Positions 35,439 through 40,284 of a DNA stretch of 40,284 bases are shown one piece after another (the first letter of the stretch is position 1; the number at the start of each line of letters is the position of its first letter). The position numbers and the translations under genes are program-made. The notes under the pieces are model-generated. The model saw only the letters and a list, made by a program, of their open reading frames with translations. It ran no database searches and had not been told where the DNA came from. The stretch comes from Oligoflexia bacterium (GTDB lineage Bacteria; Bdellovibrionota; Bdellovibrionia; Bdellovibrionales; UBA1609). Location of the stretch: NCBI GenBank assembly GCA_026914095.1, contig JAPPIY010000122.1:1-40284 (forward strand), in the 5' to 3' direction.

Positions 35439-35500
35439 AATAGACCTCCCTTTATGATTTATTTATAAACCCATCGGACTTTTTTGGCAAAGACTTTAAT

Positions 35501-36400
35501 TTAAAAATTGACGCCAAATAAAAGGCCGATATTTATTAAATCTCCATAAAAACGGTAGCCTTTAACCTCTGGGCGATTGGGAAACTGGAGCCTCTGCAAT
35601 AGAGTTTGATTGCTGTTGGGCGGGGGCACAGGAGGGAAATTAAGTTGTGAAAGGTCCTCATTTTCATGCTGTAGGACAGTGTAAAGATAGCTGAATTCAA
35701 AGCCTATAAAGCTTTGTTGGATGAGAGCCAGCTCAAAACCAAAGCCCAGTTTTACTCCTGCCGCATTGTAAGATTTAACGGCTTTCCTTTCAAGAGAAGA
35801 CGGCCTGTTGGAGTCATTGGCGGGCGGAACGGTCTGTTGAGGGGTTTGCGGATTTTGTTGAGCTATGGGGCTGGGCGGGGGTGGAAGAGCGGATTTAATA
35901 TTGAGCCAAAAAGGGCCAAAAATCACATAAGGGCTGAAAAAATCCTTATCTTTATTGAGATACTGCCTGTTCCAATAATATTTTAAGTCTAAGCCATAAT
36001 GCGAAAAAGGAAAAGCTGTGTTATAAAGGCTGTTGTAATGACCTGTGGGAAAAACCCCGCTCAATTGAATGGCAAAGCGAAGGTCTAGAAAAAAGGCGGC
36101 ATTTGCCCCTACAAAGGCAGCATCTCCATAAATTTGCCGGATGTTAAAGGTGATAGCCTCATAGCCTCCGGACAAAGCGACAGAAAGAGATCGTCCATAA
36201 TGAAAGAAATTGATGCTCTCCTCTTCTGTAACATCATCTTGAAACTCTCCATAATCAATAAAAGGATCAAAGGCGCTGGCGTTTTTAGCTAGTAAAAAGG
36301 GAGCGCTTTTAGAAGTTGAAAAAATTTGGTTTGTTTCGCTCCTTTCAGCCTGACTTTGCCCCATCCAGAAACAAATAAAAAAAGAAAGTAGAAATCTCAT
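35501..36400 (-). CDS. Outer-membrane beta-barrel protein with proline/glutamine-rich inserts (299 aa)
   Basis: Signal peptide MRFLLSFFICFWMGQSQA and C-terminal ...GLLFGVNF. Internal PPPPSPIAQQNPQTPQQTVPPAN and NFPPVPPPNSNQ stretches. Confidence 0.65.
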   Translation of the reverse strand: MRFLLSFFICFWMGQSQAERSETNQIFSTSKSAPFLLAKNASAFDPFIDYGEFQDDVTEEESINFFHYGRSLSVALSGGYEAITFNIRQIYGDAAFVGANAAFFLDLRFAIQLSGVFPTGHYNSLYNTAFPFSHYGLDLKYYWNRQYLNKDKDFFSPYVIFGPFWLNIKSALPPPPSPIAQQNPQTPQQTVPPANDSNRPSSLERKAVKSYNAAGVKLGFGFELALIQQSFIGFEFSYLYTVLQHENEDLSQLNFPPVPPPNSNQTLLQRLQFPNRPEVKGYRFYGDLINIGLLFGVNF

Positions 36401-36554
36401 TTGGTATATTTTATCAGATTTTTTGTAAATAAGCTGTATTTTTTGCTCTTTTCCTTTTTTAAAAATTCAAGATTAAAAAAACAAAACGAAAGTCCAGCTA
36501 GGCTTATTGAGTTTGTGAAAGGATACAAAAATTCTCAAAAAATTTAAGAAGGCT

Positions 36555-36763
36555 TATACTGATCTTGTTTAAGATTTGGAGGCTCTTTTGAAAGATGACA
36601 ACAAGAGATTTAAGAGTAAAAATTTTCAATTCCAAGACTTAAAATTCAGTCCTGCGTTTTGCCACAAAACGGTCTTTGGCCGCCTTGCGCTCAAAGCCTG
36701 CCCTCGCGAAAGCGGGGGCGGGAATCTAGTTAAAGCCAGAGAATTCACAAACAGTGGCCTATA
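36555..36763. repeat. Composite MITE-like element
   Basis: TA|TACTGATCTTGTTTAAGATTT ... AAAATTCAGTCCTGCGTTTTGCCACAAAACGG ... GCCTGCCCTCGCGAAAGCGGGGGCGGGAATC ... GAATTCACAAACAGTGGCCTA|TA. Confidence 0.7.
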
Positions 36764-36801
36764 ACTCTCAAGTTTTTTGAAAAGTTTTGTAAGAGTTTCT
36801 T

Positions 36802-37701
36802 TTACAAATTGTTTTGAAACTTTTCCAAGACCAAGCCATACCGGACACCCGTGGCTGAGACAATAAATTCCTTTTTTCCTGTTTGGTCTAAAATATTTTG
36901 TAAAAGGCTTAAGCCAGAGATAATGACATCGGCCCGATGTTCCGGCAAAAAAGGCACAGCTTTTCTTTCCTCTACTGTTAGCAGTGATAGCTTTTCCAGC
37001 CAAAAGCGCGCCCGCTCCCTTTGTAAAACTAAACCGTGAGCTTCATTCGTATCAGAAGTTTGTTTTTCCATAAAAGCTAAAGTGGTGGGTGTGCCGGCTG
37101 TAAAAATCAAATGATCATAATCCTTCCGCAAAAAATTTGCCATCGGCTTTATTTTTTCTTGAATGTGATGATTCAATAAAGTTTTCTCTCTGTCAGAAAG
37201 AGCTTTATGGCTTAAAAATCTCTCTGTGAGAGAGACGCTTCCTATATTGAGGCTGTAGCTTTTTCTAGAACTGACAAACTCTGTAGAGCCTCCTCCAATA
37301 TCAATGACCAAAGGATTTTCTGCAGAATGCCCCAAACCAAAAAGAGAGCCAATAAAAGTTAATTCAGCCTCTTTTTCCTCAGAGATAATTTTAACAGGAG
37401 ATAAGTTATACTTGGCTCCTAATTCAAAGATCTGGCTTTTATTGACGGCTTGGCGGGCTGAGCTGGTTGCTACAATAGAAAGTTCTCTAACCCTCCATTG
37501 ATCCAGGCTTTCTCTCATAGAGCGAAAGGCTTGGTCCAAGCGGCTTAAAGCGCTTTCACTGATTTGAGAGTTTTTCTGTATGTTTTCAGCCAGCCTTGTA
37601 AAATAGATTTTATCCGATAGAACTTCAAAGCCCTGTTCTGTCTTTTCCACAATTAACAGCAGGCTGGTGTTGGAGCCAATATCAATTCCCGCGACTCGCA
37701 T
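36802..37701 (-). CDS. Ppx/GppA-family phosphatase
   Basis: ASKHA-fold motifs GIDIGSNTSLLLI and VIDIGGGSTEF. The 299-aa length fits the short Ppx/GppA form. Confidence 0.85.
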   Translation of the reverse strand: MRVAGIDIGSNTSLLLIVEKTEQGFEVLSDKIYFTRLAENIQKNSQISESALSRLDQAFRSMRESLDQWRVRELSIVATSSARQAVNKSQIFELGAKYNLSPVKIISEEKEAELTFIGSLFGLGHSAENPLVIDIGGGSTEFVSSRKSYSLNIGSVSLTERFLSHKALSDREKTLLNHHIQEKIKPMANFLRKDYDHLIFTAGTPTTLAFMEKQTSDTNEAHGLVLQRERARFWLEKLSLLTVEERKAVPFLPEHRADVIISGLSLLQNILDQTGKKEFIVSATGVRYGLVLEKFQNNL

Positions 37702-37705
37702 AGTT

Positions 37706-39130
37706 TTAACCTTCTTCCAATTCCTTTTTTAAAAGCTGGGAAAGCTTTTGAGGGTTAGCCTGACCTCGGGTTTCTTTCATAATTTGACCGACAAAAAAAC
37801 CAAAGAGTTTTGTTTTTCCCGCTTTATAGGCTTTCACTTGGCCGGGGTGTTTTGTTAGAGTTTGAATGACTAAGCGTTTTAGCTCCTCCTCTCCAGAGAT
37901 CTGCTTGAGGTTTTTTTCTTGAATGATTTTCTCAGGGCTTAATCCCTTATCCCACATTTCATTAAAAATCTCTTTTGCCATTTTGTTTGAAATCACTCCT
38001 TCATCTATCAGCTTTAATAAGCGGGAAAAATCTTTAGCGGGAATGGGGCAGGCGCTCTGATTTCTCTCTTTGAGCTGGGCTTGCAACTCTCCACGAAACC
38101 AAAGACTCACCGTTTGAGGGCTTTTGCTTTCTAAAGCGATTTGCTCAAAATAATCCGCCGAATTTTTATCTTCAACTAAAGCTTGGGCTGTTTCTGCTTT
38201 TAAATGATAGTCTTGAATAAATCTTTGGCTTTTCTCAAAAGCCAGCTCAGGGAGTTTCAGCTGGTTTAAAAGCTTTTCTTCAAAATAAACTTGAGGCAGA
38301 TCAGGGTCAGGAAAATACCTGTAATCACTGGCAGATTCTTTGACCCGCATCAATCGGGTTTGATTTTTAGAAGGATCATAAAGTCGTGTTTCTTGAATAA
38401 TTTTTTCCCCTGACTTTAATCGCTCGGTCTGCCTGTCTATCTCATAAAATAAAGCTTTTTCAATGAAGCGAAAAGAGTTGATGTTTTTTAGCTCCACTTT
38501 TGTCCCCAATTCCGTTTGTTCTTTTGGCCGAATACTCACATTGCAGTCGCAACGCATAGAGCCTTCCTCTAAGTTTCCATCACAAACCTCTAAATATCTT
38601 AAAGTTCTGCGAATAGCTTTAGCGCACAAACTGGCTGTATGAGGATCGGTTATCTCTGGCTTTGTTACAATTTCTAAAAGCGGGATTCCCGCCCGGTTAA
38701 AATTTATCAAAGAGTGAGCGCCCTTATGGAGAGATCGTCCGGCGTCTTCCTCTAGGTGGATTCTTTCCAGAGAAATAGAAATTTCACGGTCTTTATTAAA
38801 AAAACAAACTTGCCCTCCTTCACAAAAAGGCTTGTCATATTGAGAGATTTGATAGCCTTTTGGAAGATCAGGGTAAAAGTAATTTTTTCTGGCAAAGACA
38901 CTGCCGTTTTTAATTTGCCCTTTAAATGCCAAGCCAGTTTTTAAAGCCATTTTTAAAGCCATTTCATTTAAAACAGGCAAAGAGCCGGGAAGAGCTAAGC
39001 TCACAGGATGAACTTCATCATTTTCTCCTTCTGTCCAGCCGGCTCTATCTGGAGAAAACAGCTTGGTTTGGCTTTTGAGCTGAGCGTGAATTTCCAAACC
39101 GATTGTAACTAAAAAGCTCTCATTAGCCAT
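37706..39130 (-). CDS. gatB: Asp/Glu-tRNA amidotransferase subunit B
   Basis: VTIGLEIHAQL, NRAGIPLLEIV, YFPDPDLP, and a C-terminal YqeY-like tail. The ATG at 39130 overlaps the gatA stop by 8 nt. Confidence 0.95.
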   Translation of the reverse strand: MANESFLVTIGLEIHAQLKSQTKLFSPDRAGWTEGENDEVHPVSLALPGSLPVLNEMALKMALKTGLAFKGQIKNGSVFARKNYFYPDLPKGYQISQYDKPFCEGGQVCFFNKDREISISLERIHLEEDAGRSLHKGAHSLINFNRAGIPLLEIVTKPEITDPHTASLCAKAIRRTLRYLEVCDGNLEEGSMRCDCNVSIRPKEQTELGTKVELKNINSFRFIEKALFYEIDRQTERLKSGEKIIQETRLYDPSKNQTRLMRVKESASDYRYFPDPDLPQVYFEEKLLNQLKLPELAFEKSQRFIQDYHLKAETAQALVEDKNSADYFEQIALESKSPQTVSLWFRGELQAQLKERNQSACPIPAKDFSRLLKLIDEGVISNKMAKEIFNEMWDKGLSPEKIIQEKNLKQISGEEELKRLVIQTLTKHPGQVKAYKAGKTKLFGFFVGQIMKETRGQANPQKLSQLLKKELEEG

Positions 39131-40284
39131 AGGGCCTCTTATTGTAAATTTGCAAATCTTTTTCCAAAGCAAGAGCTACATTTAAAATATTTTGCTCGCC
39201 AAAGGCAGGCCCCATTAATTGTATTCCGATGGGCAGATTGTCTTTTGAAAAAGTGAAGGGCAGGCTAAGGGCGGGAGAGCCAATCAGATTGGCAAAGACT
39301 GTAAATTTATCGTTGAGATAAGTTTGAAGAGGATCATTTTCTGAAGTTAAAAGCGGAGCTGTGGAGCTGGCTGTTGGGGAGACAATAACATCACAGGAAG
39401 AAAATAAGTCGTCAAAGGCTTGTTTGATGAGAGTCCTTACTTGACAGGCTTTATGAAAATAATCTTCATAATATCCCGCTGATAAACAAAAGGCTCCCAT
39501 AAGAATTCGCCGGCGGACTTCTTTTCCAAAAGCCTCTGTTCGGTTGAGAGCGTAAAAATCTTGAATATGTTTTGAGCTTTGACGGCTTTGGTGTCCATAC
39601 CGAATCCCATCGTAGCGGGACAAATTACTGCTGGCCTCAGAGGTTGAGATTAAATAATAAACAGAAAGGCCATAATCTAAAAAGGGCCATTTTTTTTCTA
39701 TCAGCTGACAGCCTCGCTCTTTCAAAAGCTTTAAACTGCTTTGAAAGGCCTGCCAAACTTCTGGCTGAATCTGATCTTTTAAATCCTCTAAATCAAAAAA
39801 AATGACTTTTTTATTTTTGATGTTTGAGCTTAAGTTTTTTTGAAAATGAGCGGGAGTTTTTTGCGCGCTTGTGGAATCCAAAGGATCAAAACCGCTTATA
39901 ATATCTAAAAGAAGAGCGGAATCCTCAACGGTGTGGGTGAAGACTCCCGCTTGATCTAAGCTAGAGGCATAGGCAATCATTCCATAGCGGCTGACTCGGC
40001 CATAAGTGGGTTTTAAACCCAATAGATGACAGTAGTGGGCGGGCAGGCGAATAGAGCCTCCGGTGTCTGTTCCCAGACTGGCGGGGCAGAGTCCTCCAGC
40101 CACCGCGCTGGCATTGCCACTACTGGAGCCTCCCGCGCAGTGTTTGAGACTCCAAGGGTTTTTAACATTTCCAAAATAAGAGTTTTTCCCTGTAGAGCCC
40201 ATAGCAAACTCGTCATTGTTGCATTTTCCAATGAGGACAGCTCCCTCCGCCTCTAGTTTTTTAACGGCTGTCGCTGTGTAAGGA
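39123..40284 (-). CDS. gatA: Asp/Glu-tRNA amidotransferase subunit A (5' end outside the window)
   Basis: Amidase signature GGSSSGNASAVA and GTDTGGSIRLPA. The frame stays open to the window edge (...AVLIGKCNNDEFAMGSTGKNSYFG), so the listed M at 40202 is internal. Confidence 0.95.
   Translation of the reverse strand, partial: PYTATAVKKLEAEGAVLIGKCNNDEFAMGSTGKNSYFGNVKNPWSLKHCAGGSSSGNASAVAGGLCPASLGTDTGGSIRLPAHYCHLLGLKPTYGRVSRYGMIAYASSLDQAGVFTHTVEDSALLLDIISGFDPLDSTSAQKTPAHFQKNLSSNIKNKKVIFFDLEDLKDQIQPEVWQAFQSSLKLLKERGCQLIEKKWPFLDYGLSVYYLISTSEASSNLSRYDGIRYGHQSRQSSKHIQDFYALNRTEAFGKEVRRRILMGAFCLSAGYYEDYFHKACQVRTLIKQAFDDLFSSCDVIVSPTASSTAPLLTSENDPLQTYLNDKFTVFANLIGSPALSLPFTFSKDNLPIGIQLMGPAFGEQNILNVALALEKDLQIYNKRPYG

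Noticed and set aside
36576-37003. ORFs 36576..36764 (+) and 36626..37003 (-).
   Set aside because: They lie in the composite repeat and overlap the well-supported Ppx/GppA gene out of frame.

Overview
AT-rich chromosomal segment from a diderm (Gram-negative-type) bacterium. The lineage cannot be fixed from sequence alone. The protein set and a TadE/G-like pilus protein fit a Bdellovibrio/Oligoflexia-like or similar low-GC lineage, at low confidence. About 27 credible genes are present, mostly housekeeping: lysA, lysC, an orphan 2-oxoacid-dehydrogenase E2, lipA, smpB, clpP-clpX, mreB, mltG, astD, astA, rnhA, ileS, lspA, an RsuA/RluB-type pseudouridine synthase, a Ppx/GppA phosphatase, gatB and gatA (5' end cut by the window edge). 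There are also three predicted outer-membrane beta-barrels and several secreted or membrane proteins of unknown function. I saw no rRNA, tRNA, tmRNA, CRISPR array, transposase, or recognisable defence or secretion operon. The striking content is non-coding. Almost every intergenic spacer is built from a modular family of short, TA-flanked, TIR-bounded MITE-like elements with GC-rich REP-like hairpin cores (about 20 copies or fragments). Two long-hairpin elements and further shared modules are also present. These elements touch coding sequence in several places. About 70 codons of element sequence lie in frame inside mltG. The last codon and stop codon of lysC lie in an element terminus. The lysA start codon abuts another terminus. 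A decayed 5' paralog of the TadG-like gene is split at a TA that is intact in the live copy. An empty/filled site pair inside the window supports TA target-site duplication. Many six-frame ORFs in the spacers are translations of these repeats and are rejected. All coordinates of repeats are from reading by eye and may be off by a few bases.
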